From a virus (taxonomy: Duplodnaviria > Heunggongvirae > Uroviricota > Caudoviricetes): 23,101 nt of DNA. Every line of letters begins with the position of its first letter. Position 1 is the stretch's first letter. The notes below the pieces were generated by a model. It had not been told where the DNA came from, did not search any database, and saw only the letters and a list, made by a program, of their open reading frames with translations. A program made the translations under genes and the position numbers. The stretch lies in the IMG/VR virus record IMGVR_UViG_3300041955_001975, positions 90,738-113,838 of that record. One strand, 5' to 3'. Of the stretch, positions 1 through 7,802 are shown in pieces.

Positions 1-49
1 ATTTAGGCCGACCCAACCGCCCTTCAACGTGGGCGGGGAGTCGTTCTTG

Positions 50-790
50 CTATGCCGTTTCAATCGGGGCGTCGGCAGGTGCGGGAGCCGGAGACCCCTC
101 GGCCGTGGGCTCCATGCTCGGACCCTGTTGGGCCGCGGCCGGGGCGTCGGCGAGTGCCGGGACCTCGGCGGGTGCTAGGGCGTCGGCGGGAGCCGGGGCA
201 TCGGCAGGTGTGGAAACCGGAGACCCCTCGGCCGTGGGCTCCATGCTCGGACCTTGTTCGGCCGTGGCCAGGGCGTCGGCGAGTGCCGGGGAGTCGGCGA
301 GTGCCGGGACCTCGGCGGGTGCTAGGTCGTCGGCGGGAGCCGGGGCGTGGGCAGGTGCCGGGGCGTCGGCGGGTGCCGGGATCTCGGCGGGAGACAGGGT
401 GTCCGCGGGAGCCCGGGCGTCGGCCTCGGCCTCGGCGGGAGCGGGCCAGGCGTCAGAACCGGGGCAGGTAGCCGGAACGTCGGCAGCAATCGGAAGCGGT
501 TCGTCGGCTGTGGCACCAGTCACGGTATCGACCACGGCATCGGCCACGGTCTCGATCGAGGGCACCTTCAGTGCTTTCAACAGGAACGGGCCACACCCGG
601 GAGCCGGAAGCTGATCGTTGCGGAGATAGATCGAGTAAACCTCGACCTGATCCTCGCTCACGCCATCCGGCAGTTGGTATTCGTAGGTCCGGTGCGTGTT
701 GTCCAGCTTCACGTTGAACTGCCCGGCCGGCGTGAAGATGAGAAGCATTATGGCGGGATACGCATCGTTACGTGGTACTCGAATCAGCAT
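50..790 (-). CDS. Hypothetical protein, about 75-aa globular N-terminus plus a long Ala/Pro/Asp repeat tail
   Basis: 246-aa ORF. The tail is built of PAxADA-like 6-aa units and a duplicated block (QGPSMEPTAEGSP twice). The start overlaps the upstream stop. Confidence 0.75.
   Translation of the reverse strand: MLIRVPRNDAYPAIMLLIFTPAGQFNVKLDNTHRTYEYQLPDGVSEDQVEVYSIYLRNDQLPAPGCGPFLLKALKVPSIETVADAVVDTVTGATADEPLPIAADVPATCPGSDAWPAPAEAEADARAPADTLSPAEIPAPADAPAPAHAPAPADDLAPAEVPALADSPALADALATAEQGPSMEPTAEGSPVSTPADAPAPADALAPAEVPALADAPAAAQQGPSMEPTAEGSPAPAPADAPIETA
62..440. repeat. Coding tandem repeat: 18-nt degenerate period plus a 129-nt-spaced duplication
   Basis: Identical 37-mer ccggagacccctcggccgtgggctccatgctcggacc at 88-124 and 217-253; recurring gtcggcgggagccggggc-like 18-mers. 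Confidence 0.9.
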
Positions 791-1043
791 GTCGTTTCTC
801 GCAGTTCTGAAGGACTTGGTTGAGCCTTTCCGACAGCCGACGAAGCTGAGCGGTCTGATCTCCCGCCACGCCGGTCAAGGTGTAGCCGTACATCATTTCA
901 ATGACACTCTGGCAAGTGAACATCGCCTGTCGCCAAAGTTGGGCACCGTGGTCAGCCGTTCCCGCTCGCGGTATCGGAATGACCTTAATGGGCTCGGGCT
1001 CATCGGGGCAGTTGCGGCACCGTTTTCGTTTGCGTTGAGCCAT
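768..1043 (-). CDS. Hypothetical protein (91 aa, basic N-terminus with CxxC)
   Basis: GAAGGA SD upstream of ATG; short overlaps with both neighbours; RCRNC motif. Confidence 0.65.
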   Translation of the reverse strand: MAQRKRKRCRNCPDEPEPIKVIPIPRAGTADHGAQLWRQAMFTCQSVIEMMYGYTLTGVAGDQTAQLRRLSERLNQVLQNCEKRHADSSTT

Positions 1044-1437
1044 GAGCGTCGTCCTTCAACCAGGTCATGCACCTGACCACTTCATGCACATCCTGTGTCC
1101 GCACCGTTGGCTTGCCGCAAATGTAGACAAAGAACGTCGGCACGCTGGTCACGCCGTACTGCCTGGCCAACTCCGGCTGCTCGTCGATATTGACGTGGAC
1201 CACTTGGATGCCCTTGGTCTCCAACCAGGCCAAGGTGGGCTGAGCCTGTTGACAGGGGCCACACCAGGGAGCACAGAAGGCAACCACCTTGGGAGGCTCG
1301 CAGCGGTGCGGATCGTGGTGCGGAACCGGCGCGAATGGCGTGTGCGGTGCAGGCGGTTCGCAGCCAAGAATCAGGACCAGGGACAAAACCAAACCCAGCG
1401 GGGCCAAGGGCAAACCAAACAAGCTGGCAAGACGCAT
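1000..1437 (-). CDS. Thioredoxin-family protein, probable lipoprotein
   Basis: WCGPC active site; VNIDE...YGVTSVPTF thioredoxin motifs with cis-Pro; hydrophobic N-terminus ending LILG-C; strong GAGGAGG SD. Confidence 0.9.
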   Translation of the reverse strand: MRLASLFGLPLAPLGLVLSLVLILGCEPPAPHTPFAPVPHHDPHRCEPPKVVAFCAPWCGPCQQAQPTLAWLETKGIQVVHVNIDEQPELARQYGVTSVPTFFVYICGKPTVRTQDVHEVVRCMTWLKDDAHGSTQTKTVPQLPR

Positions 1438-1507
1438 AGGAATCCTCCTCGTAGATCAGCGGTTCAGCAGAGGGCTCGCATCTTTGCAAGCGGGAGCCAT
1501 CTGCTGA

Positions 1508-1538
1508 ACCGCCCCTTCACCGTGAGCGAAGGGACGGT
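1508..1538 (-). other. Intergenic 11-bp stem-loop without a U-tract
   Basis: Minus-strand ACCGTCCCTTC-9 nt-GAAGGGGCGGT with one G-U pair, lying between two operon genes. Confidence 0.55.
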
Positions 1539-1556
1539 CCGAGATTCACGAAGTTG

Positions 1557-2027
1557 TTACCGGCCCAAGGGGACCGTGGGAGACGGCGCGCCCAGAACGG
1601 GAGCCGCCAGAAGGGCCGCGGCCGGAGGAGCCGCAAGGGCGGGCGCGGTGGCCGGAGCCGATGCTTCGACGACGGCAACCTTCGCCTTAATCAGGGCCAG
1701 GCCCTCGGGTGACGACAGATGGGCGTCCAGCATACTGTTCCAGGTGCCGCCCAGTTCCTTTTCGATGGCGTCGTTTCCGGCGGCGACCAGGCGCGAGAAC
1801 TCGTGGATATGGTCCACCATATCCTGCCAGTCGCCGATCACGAAGTCCTCCAGAATCGCCGGAATCTGCTTCAGGCCGGCATCACGCAGCTTCGTGGCCA
1901 GAAACTGAGCGGCCCGCTTCTTGCTGTCGAGCTTCTTGTTCGCACTGAGCGCCCACTTGGCCACATCGCGGCCGACGAGAACGGCAACGGCCAACGCCAA
2001 AATCCAGATCACAAAAGTCGGGGTCAT
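1557..2027 (-). CDS. Membrane-anchored hypothetical protein with Ala/Pro-rich tail
   Basis: N-terminal hydrophobic helix FVIWILALAVAVLV; GGGAGAG SD. Confidence 0.8.
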   Translation of the reverse strand: MTPTFVIWILALAVAVLVGRDVAKWALSANKKLDSKKRAAQFLATKLRDAGLKQIPAILEDFVIGDWQDMVDHIHEFSRLVAAGNDAIEKELGGTWNSMLDAHLSSPEGLALIKAKVAVVEASAPATAPALAAPPAAALLAAPVLGAPSPTVPLGR

Positions 2028-2109
2028 GGTATCTCTCCCAGAGGTTCGCCGCTCTTCGCGGCTTTGAGAACTGATTGAACGAAACGAGCAGAATGGATGG
2101 GTCGGTCGC

Positions 2110-2784
2110 CTAGCGGTGCTCGTCCTTCCAGCGTGCCTTGGTCGAACTCACAACGCCGATGGCACCGCCGGCCAGAAAACCAACGAGACAGAGCACCCCC
2201 AGAATCCAGTCCGGCGGCTCCGCAAGATCCTTGATAGCCGGCGCGTCGTCATTGGTGATCGGGCCGGGCTTCGGATCAGGGATAAGAGGCTCAGCGGGCG
2301 TGACCGGCGTAGCGGGCGTCGTATCGGGGCAGCGCCGCCGTAGCAGGCAACCGGTCTTGGGACCCGACTTCACGTCCTTGGCGATTTGATTGCTGAGTGC
2401 CTGGCCGGTCATGGGGAGGTCAGTGCCGCAAACCTGCGAATAGATGACACCGCCAGGGTTCTGCAATCGAACCATCGGCAGCATCGGCGTATTGGCGGCG
2501 TAGCGCTCCTTGTAGATGGCCGAGGCGGCCAGGACGATGTTGTAGTGGACGCTGTTTCGCAGCTTCAGAAGCTCGCCCGAGTCGAACCAGGTCAGGAGTT
2601 CACGGTATCGGGCGTCCTGCGGGTCTCCCACGACCGACACATACCACTTGCCCTGGTCTTGCGGCAGAGTAATCACACGCTCTTGGGCAATCGTGCCATC
2701 CGCGGTATTGGCGACACATGGAGTCGCCGCAAAAGCCGTAAGCAAGGCGGCCAACAGGCATAGAATCAGCAGGAAACGATTCAT
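2110..2784 (-). CDS. Exported protein with possible thioredoxin-like fold (no CxxC), Pro-rich linker and C-terminal TM anchor
   Basis: Signal peptide MNRFLLILCLLAALLTAFA; YKERY...LPMVRLQNPGG resembles the Trx cis-Pro strand; C-terminal WILGVLCLVGFLAGGAIGVV. The fold call is inference. Confidence 0.75.
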   Translation of the reverse strand: MNRFLLILCLLAALLTAFAATPCVANTADGTIAQERVITLPQDQGKWYVSVVGDPQDARYRELLTWFDSGELLKLRNSVHYNIVLAASAIYKERYAANTPMLPMVRLQNPGGVIYSQVCGTDLPMTGQALSNQIAKDVKSGPKTGCLLRRRCPDTTPATPVTPAEPLIPDPKPGPITNDDAPAIKDLAEPPDWILGVLCLVGFLAGGAIGVVSSTKARWKDEHR

Positions 2785-2812
2785 CGTTCACCCTTTCTTC
2801 GAGTGTTGTTGT

Positions 2813-3385
2813 TCAGGACGGAGGAAGCGGAGCGGCCGGTGCGTACAGCGGCGTCACGGCCCAACTGTCGCTCGCCAACCATTCGGCGATGAAGCGCTCA
2901 CGCGGAACCCAGATGTAGTGATCCGTCGCATTGTCGTCCAACAGACCCGCCCACCGGGCGTCAAGGTGGACCAATGCGATCATGTGCTGCCCGCCTTGGA
3001 TCGCCACGCCACAGCCCCGTCGCGTGCGGCAGGCCCATTCCAGAAAACCCACGTCCCTCTGTTCGGACGTGTAGGCGTAGCGGATATGCTCCTTGTCGAG
3101 CTTTGCGGCCAAGTCCTCTGGCCCTGAAGCATTCCCGTAGGTTCGCCGCCAATGGTCGGCCATTCCATAGCGGCCCTGCCAACGCAAGAGCGTGACCATC
3201 GTCGCGTGAACACAGGAACCCTCGTCCTTGTCCCCGTACCAGTTCCCTTGGCGGATGGCGGCCGGCGGGTTGACTACCGGACGCTCCCTGGTGAGCCCGC
3301 ATCCCCCGTGATCTTGGCCGGCACAGCCGGCACAGACAAAAGCCAAAAGGACAAGGATGAATCTCGTCGGCACTCTCTTCCTCAT
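2813..3385 (-). CDS. Papain-fold (C39-like) cysteine peptidase, probable lipoprotein
   Basis: Start re-called to ATG 3385 (GGAGG SD, ATGA overlap with the upstream stop); lipobox FVCAG-C; EGSCVHA (Cys), GQHMIALV (His), LLDDN (Asp/Asn) in papain order. Confidence 0.75.
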   Translation of the reverse strand: MRKRVPTRFILVLLAFVCAGCAGQDHGGCGLTRERPVVNPPAAIRQGNWYGDKDEGSCVHATMVTLLRWQGRYGMADHWRRTYGNASGPEDLAAKLDKEHIRYAYTSEQRDVGFLEWACRTRRGCGVAIQGGQHMIALVHLDARWAGLLDDNATDHYIWVPRERFIAEWLASDSWAVTPLYAPAAPLPPS

Positions 3386-3996
3386 TTCAACCTCCGCGAT
3401 CGGCAAAGAACACCATGAATGCGAAGGTGACGGAGCAGCTTGTTCGGATTCCAGCGTCCGAAGTTGGTAGCCGGCCAGACGCCGCAGTAAGAAAGGGCCG
3501 CCGCACACCACTCGCTGCAAAAGATTCTGTGCAAATCCGTTCCGTGAAGGAGCAACTCGAAGTAGGACAGGCCGTTGTCAGCGGACCGGAAGGCATCCAT
3601 CATCCCGTAAGGAACATGGATCGTCCCCATCAGGAACTCGGTGAGCCTTCCCCGCTCGAACCCGTAGAACGGACGGTAAAAGGGGTAATGCCAAACTTTG
3701 CCTCGATACCTTTGCAGGACGGCATCAAGCTGATGAGCTTGCGTTCCGTCGAACCGCGCCCCTGTGATCTCGCAGGGAAGATCGTCGAGAGTCGTTGACT
3801 CGAACAGTAGAAGGCGACCATCCTTTGCCTCCCCCATGATTCCTACATGGCAGATGCCCCATCTCGGTATCCCGTAGGTGCCGAGGTTGATAATGTCGCC
3901 GGTGAAACCCTCGCCGCTGAAGCCCATGAGGTCTCCGGGCTTAATGACCGCTGGATCGAAGAACTGCTGAGCGGGAAACTGGGGGTCCATCTTCAT
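3382..3996 (-). CDS. Permuted papain-like amidase, YaeF/YiiX (NlpC/P60, C92) family
   Basis: KPGDL...CHVGI (His first) ... PY ... IFCSEW (Cys last), the permuted order typical of YiiX/YaeF/LRAT-like enzymes. Confidence 0.85.
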   Translation of the reverse strand: MKMDPQFPAQQFFDPAVIKPGDLMGFSGEGFTGDIINLGTYGIPRWGICHVGIMGEAKDGRLLLFESTTLDDLPCEITGARFDGTQAHQLDAVLQRYRGKVWHYPFYRPFYGFERGRLTEFLMGTIHVPYGMMDAFRSADNGLSYFELLLHGTDLHRIFCSEWCAAALSYCGVWPATNFGRWNPNKLLRHLRIHGVLCRSRRLK

Positions 3997-4147
3997 CTCT
4001 CCGGCCGGCCACGGTTGTATTGGCGTTCAGGTACTTGTGGTTGCCGACATGAAACTTTGCCTGATCGGCGGCCCAGCAGTCTTCGCAACGGGTCTCGTTC
4101 GAGAACGTGACGAGTTTTCCGCAGGCACACCAGACTGGAAAGTTCAT
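3941..4147 (-). CDS. Small Cys-rich, possible Zn-binding hypothetical protein
   Basis: WCACG...RCEDC. It overlaps the next gene by about 50 nt and competes with ORF 3993..4205. Confidence 0.45.
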   Translation of the reverse strand: MNFPVWCACGKLVTFSNETRCEDCWAADQAKFHVGNHKYLNANTTVAGRRDEDGPPVSRSAVLRSSGH

Positions 4148-4210
4148 GCAGGTAGCTTCCGGGTGAGCGGGAATGCTTGAGTCCCCGACGCCTTCCTACT
4201 GCCACGAACG

Positions 4211-4792
4211 CTAAGCGTCGAAGGTGGCAGCGTCGTCGTGAGGCAACTGCGGGAGGGAAGTGCTCTTGGCAGCGCCGGGAGTCAGCGTGGCCATGACTCT
4301 CTTGAGAATGCGATCTGCGACGGGCTCGTGATTCGGAATGACCTCCAACTCGTCCATCACGATCTGCACGAGCAACTGGGCGAACGCGATTACCGACGTT
4401 CGGCTAAGCAGCGACTCAAGACTCTGTTCGATCGCGTGCGACGACTTGATGAGGCGTTCGATGGTCAGCAGCAGGGTGTTGATCGACGGGGCCCGACTGA
4501 TGTAGTCGTTTTCGGTCTTAATCATGTTCCAGTACCGCTCGACCATCATGCGAGCGATGCCGATCTCGTCACGGAGCGACTTGATGTCCTCGCTCTCAGC
4601 GAACCTGGCCAACGTGGCCCGATCCTGGGCCTGTGCCAGCCAGTAGCCCCGCAAGTGGATCGCCTCGGACCGATCGTGGCCGCTATGGGCCTCGCAGAAC
4701 TCCGAGCCCGTAGCCGCCTGGTTCCAGCACTGTTCGTGTCCACACGACCCTTTGCAGCGAGTTGGATCGGCAGGGTCGGTGACGCGGCGCAT
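4211..4792 (-). CDS. Terminase small subunit-like protein with N-terminal CCCH Zn finger
   Basis: C13-x8-C22-x10-C33-x2-H36 resembles the HGGxSTG-type finger, followed by helical SLRDEIGIARMMVERY as in many TerS proteins. No TerL in the window. Confidence 0.5.
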   Translation of the reverse strand: MRRVTDPADPTRCKGSCGHEQCWNQAATGSEFCEAHSGHDRSEAIHLRGYWLAQAQDRATLARFAESEDIKSLRDEIGIARMMVERYWNMIKTENDYISRAPSINTLLLTIERLIKSSHAIEQSLESLLSRTSVIAFAQLLVQIVMDELEVIPNHEPVADRILKRVMATLTPGAAKSTSLPQLPHDDAATFDA

Positions 4793-5056
4793 GTCGAAAT
4801 CCCTCTCTTGGCGGTGCTGTCATCTAACGGCCTACGTAAAGGCTTTCGGGACTGGCGGCAAGGAGCGCACCGCTCATACACATACAGGAGATGTCAAAAA
4901 CGCCGTTTTTTTTCAGAGATTACATAATAGTCTCAACAAAACGGCCGCACTCGACGCGGCAGGCAAAACTTCATGGCCCTCCTAACCAGATCGCAGCGGT
5001 TTGCAACTCTTAGTACAGGCAGACGCCTTCCAGTCACCGACACGAACGGGGAAACC
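4793..5056. promoter_or_regulatory. Divergent control region with an A/T-tract palindrome
   Basis: AT-rich; AAAAACG-C-CGTTTTT dyad at 4896-4910; minus-strand TTGACA at 4892-4897 without a well-spaced -10. Confidence 0.45.
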
Positions 5057-5368
5057 ATGAGCGACCAGACGCAGCCCGGCGAGCAGGCGGGGCCCATGCC
5101 GCGCCAGTACGTGATTTTCTATCGACGCGGCGAACAAAGCCGTTGGGGGCAACTGGAGCCGGGAGTCCACCAAAAGCTCTGCGAGCGGCCGGAACTGGCC
5201 TTCGGCATTGCCTTCATGCAGGCCAATCCCTTCGTCGAGGCTCTGTGCATCCGCCTCGGCGACGACCTGTTCAACGTCATGGCCCTGGTCGAAGGCAACA
5301 CCAATTCCAAGGCGTTCACCTTTGATGCGGCAACGACCAGTTGCCTGGTGCTGCCGGAGGGCGAGTAA
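5057..5368 (+). CDS. Hypothetical protein (103 aa)
   Basis: GGGGA SD before ATG 5057; 1-nt gap to the next gene. Confidence 0.7.
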   Translation: MSDQTQPGEQAGPMPRQYVIFYRRGEQSRWGQLEPGVHQKLCERPELAFGIAFMQANPFVEALCIRLGDDLFNVMALVEGNTNSKAFTFDAATTSCLVLPEGE

Positions 5369-5369
5369 C

Positions 5370-5912
5370 ATGGCGCTGATATGCCGACCGCAAAAGCGAC
5401 AGCCTCCCCGCCGACCGCCGGCCGGGCCAAAACCGGCCCTGCCAATGATCCAGCTTCCGATCTTTCGGGTGAAATCCTGCGACCTGGAAGACTACCTGTT
5501 CAAGGTGTACCGCATTAGCGGCTTTGACTTCCTGCTGGCCACGGGAATAAAAGCGGGCGAATGCCCCGAGTATGCCGTTCAGGCCACATTACCGCAGGGT
5601 CCCGACAGCGGGCGGCGGGCGGAAGAGATTCGTTCCGGCCGGCGAACAAAGAATGTGCCCCTGATCCTCAACGTCCTCTGCTTCGACGGCTACATCCCGG
5701 CCGGAAGGTATCTCGTCAGCACGCGCCCGGAGCCCAAGCCGATCGACGTTTACACGGCGCTTATGAAGAGCCGGCTCGACGTGCTGGACCCGGACTGCTT
5801 GGCCTTCAAAGAGGCCCATCGCTCCGACAGGACCTTCATGGCACAGGCGGTCGTAGTGGACAAGATGGTCGAGGATGCCGTCAAGCAAGAGCAAGAGTTG
5901 CTCGGGAAATGA
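5370..5912 (+). CDS. Hypothetical protein (180 aa)
   Basis: GGAGG SD before ATG 5370; globular-looking after a Pro-rich N-terminus. Confidence 0.75.
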   Translation: MALICRPQKRQPPRRPPAGPKPALPMIQLPIFRVKSCDLEDYLFKVYRISGFDFLLATGIKAGECPEYAVQATLPQGPDSGRRAEEIRSGRRTKNVPLILNVLCFDGYIPAGRYLVSTRPEPKPIDVYTALMKSRLDVLDPDCLAFKEAHRSDRTFMAQAVVVDKMVEDAVKQEQELLGK

Positions 5913-5937
5913 GGTCGCCTTGGCTCCGCTACGGGAA

Positions 5938-6270
5938 CTAAGACTTCTTCTTCGGCTTGGCGGCAGTCTTCATCTGGGCCGCAACAGAACGAGCTTCCGC
6001 CAGCAAGGCGCTCATGGCCTCGCCCCAAGTCTGAGCCTCGACCAAGTTCAGCGGGTCCGCAAAGGTTACGCCACTGAAACTGATCCTGATTTGCGAGCCC
6101 CGAGTCCCCTTGGGCACGGAAATCGCTGCCCGAATCTCCAGCGTCTTCGTACCGGAGAGCGGATTGACGGTTAGCTGAACGCCCCAGTCAAACTCCTCGC
6201 GCTGGATCATGCCTTCCTCCGTGGTCAAGCCTGACAAGACACGCTGCATCTTAGTCCTAGCTCTTGGCAT
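5938..6270 (-). CDS. Hypothetical protein (110 aa)
   Basis: GAGG SD; last gene of the leftward array, convergent with 5370-5912. Confidence 0.75.
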   Translation of the reverse strand: MPRARTKMQRVLSGLTTEEGMIQREEFDWGVQLTVNPLSGTKTLEIRAAISVPKGTRGSQIRISFSGVTFADPLNLVEAQTWGEAMSALLAEARSVAAQMKTAAKPKKKS

Positions 6271-6287
6271 TGGTCAACCTCACTTTG

Positions 6288-6497
6288 TCAAGGGTCAGGT
6301 ATCACCATGATCCTCCGGCCATTGCAAATGAACATCGCAAATTCATACTCGTCCCCGCCGTCCACACGCCCGAGCGTGTTGTCTTCATGCACGAACACGG
6401 TTGTCCCCTGTGGGAGCAAGTCCCGGACTTGTTCCTTCCGCTTGCGCCTGAAGATGAGCTTGCTGTGGTCATCCTGCCAAAAGGCCCTGTAGGTCAT
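6288..6497 (-). CDS. Hypothetical protein (69 aa)
   Basis: ATGA overlap with the upstream stop. Confidence 0.7.
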   Translation of the reverse strand: MTYRAFWQDDHSKLIFRRKRKEQVRDLLPQGTTVFVHEDNTLGRVDGGDEYEFAMFICNGRRIMVIPDP

Positions 6498-6862
6498 AGT
6501 CCGCGAGCCTCCCTCTCTTCCCTGATGCGAGCATCGCGCCGGGCATCTCGCTCGGCCTTAGCGTTCTGATACTCGATCCACGCCTGCTGGGTCGGATTGA
6601 ACAACAGACGAAACAAGACCCACACCAGGAAAGTCGGCACCAGGGCACGGCCCAATCCGATTCCCGCCGACTCCCCGCAATTCCACCAGGCGGCCAGGAC
6701 GAAGGTTGCCGCCGTGCAAACCGTCCACACGACTTTCACCCGTCGATAGCGTCTCCGCTCGGCCGTCGTCATCTGGTTGATGATGGCACTGCGTAGTTCA
6801 CCCTCGCTGGCGGACACGCTGACTCCACGAGACCTTGCCAGGTCGAAGTGCTCCCACAACAT
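6494..6862 (-). CDS. Two-TM membrane hypothetical protein
   Basis: Start re-called to ATG 6862 (GGAG SD); two hydrophobic segments. Confidence 0.7.
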   Translation of the reverse strand: MLWEHFDLARSRGVSVSASEGELRSAIINQMTTAERRRYRRVKVVWTVCTAATFVLAAWWNCGESAGIGLGRALVPTFLVWVLFRLLFNPTQQAWIEYQNAKAERDARRDARIREEREARGL

Positions 6863-6899
6863 TATGTCGGTCTCCGCACGCAGCGATAGCAAGGGATCT

Positions 6900-7418
6900 T
6901 CATCGGCGACCCCGTTGCAGGTAGACCGGATCGAACAAGCGTTTGAGGATCGTACATGCGTAGACCGAAGCGTCCCGATTTGGCCGGTAGACTACCCAAT
7001 CCGGCAGAGCGGCTGCTGGACACCACAGGTACGCCGGCGGATCAGCCGCCGACCAGGCCATGCCCTGCTCAGCCGCCGCAGCCTTCAGATGCCGTGTAGT
7101 AAAGTCTACAATCTCCTGGCTGTCCAGCAACCCCACCCAGACATGAATCTCCGGGAGATTGCCCAGGGCGACCGAGAGGGCGCTTTCATACGCGCCGGGC
7201 GTCCATTCATAGGCAAAATGCGTGTTTATCACGCCATCGTCTTCCTCGCGGCGAATCCGCGGCCACTGCAACGAGCCGGCCTGGATCACCGCCTTGTACC
7301 TGTGACGCCACAAGACCGAGGCCGCGTGGTGGGCAGAAAACAGGCAAAGTCCGGGCCGGTTCTCCAGCCGGCCGACCTCCCGTTCAATCTCGGCGATGAT
7401 CTTGCCTCGCTTACCCAT
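6900..7418 (-). CDS. Transglutaminase/papain-like Cys-His-Asp protein
   Basis: PGLC(25), EIH(92)VW, EIVD(105)F match the C...HxW...D transglutaminase-like pattern. Confidence 0.6.
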   Translation of the reverse strand: MGKRGKIIAEIEREVGRLENRPGLCLFSAHHAASVLWRHRYKAVIQAGSLQWPRIRREEDDGVINTHFAYEWTPGAYESALSVALGNLPEIHVWVGLLDSQEIVDFTTRHLKAAAAEQGMAWSAADPPAYLWCPAAALPDWVVYRPNRDASVYACTILKRLFDPVYLQRGRR

Positions 7419-7743
7419 GCTGGTGGACCGCCTTCAGCATGGGCTGCAATTTCCTGGTCGTGCCGTCATGGTGGCGGACGTAATTGTAGACCTTCAGCCG
7501 GTAGCCGCCCGTGGGCAGACGCTCGACAAAAGGATCGTCCTGCCGGTAGAGGCGGGCCCTGGCTGCCTGGGCCTTTTCGCGGGGTGACAACAGCCGAGTG
7601 TCGAGCCCAAACGACTCGACGCTCGCAATCTCGATGCCCTGGTTCTGGACCCTGGCCCACAGGTCGAGCACGGCGTAGCAGTAGTCCTGCTCACGGCGAT
7701 TTCGCTCGATGCGGTCCAAGATGTCAGTTGCGGTTTCGCTCAT
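7411..7743 (-). CDS. Hypothetical protein (110 aa)
   Basis: Start ATG 7743, just downstream of the promoter at 7762-7789. Confidence 0.7.
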   Translation of the reverse strand: MSETATDILDRIERNRREQDYCYAVLDLWARVQNQGIEIASVESFGLDTRLLSPREKAQAARARLYRQDDPFVERLPTGGYRLKVYNYVRHHDGTTRKLQPMLKAVHQHG

Positions 7744-7761
7744 GGGGTGCCTTGGTAATGA

Positions 7762-7789
7762 AGTATAATACAAATCTGGTGCAAGTCAA
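7762..7789 (-). promoter_or_regulatory. Sigma70-like promoter, element motif copy 1
   Basis: TTGACT-16 nt-TATACT. Confidence 0.8.
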
Positions 7790-7802
7790 TGGGCCGTAGG
7801 AG

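Noticed and set aside
17-36. CCGCCC/GGGCGG hairpin after the last operon gene as a terminator
   Set aside because: 6-bp stem, 8-nt loop and no U-tract; too weak to call.
62-440. CRISPR-like repeated 37-mer
   Set aside because: Only two copies, in frame within a coding Ala/Pro repeat, and the intervening DNA is itself repetitive.
1042-1908. Long plus-strand ORFs (also 4238-4927, 6777-7799, 8400-9371, 15661-16848) and minus-strand ORFs inside MFS/AIPR
   Set aside because: Antisense shadows of motif-bearing genes in high-GC DNA; no motifs or SD.
3993-4205. Alternative 70-aa ORF with ATGA overlap to the YiiX gene
   Set aside because: Arg-rich, low-information sequence; the overlapping Cys-motif ORF 3941-4147 looks more protein-like. 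Not fully excluded.
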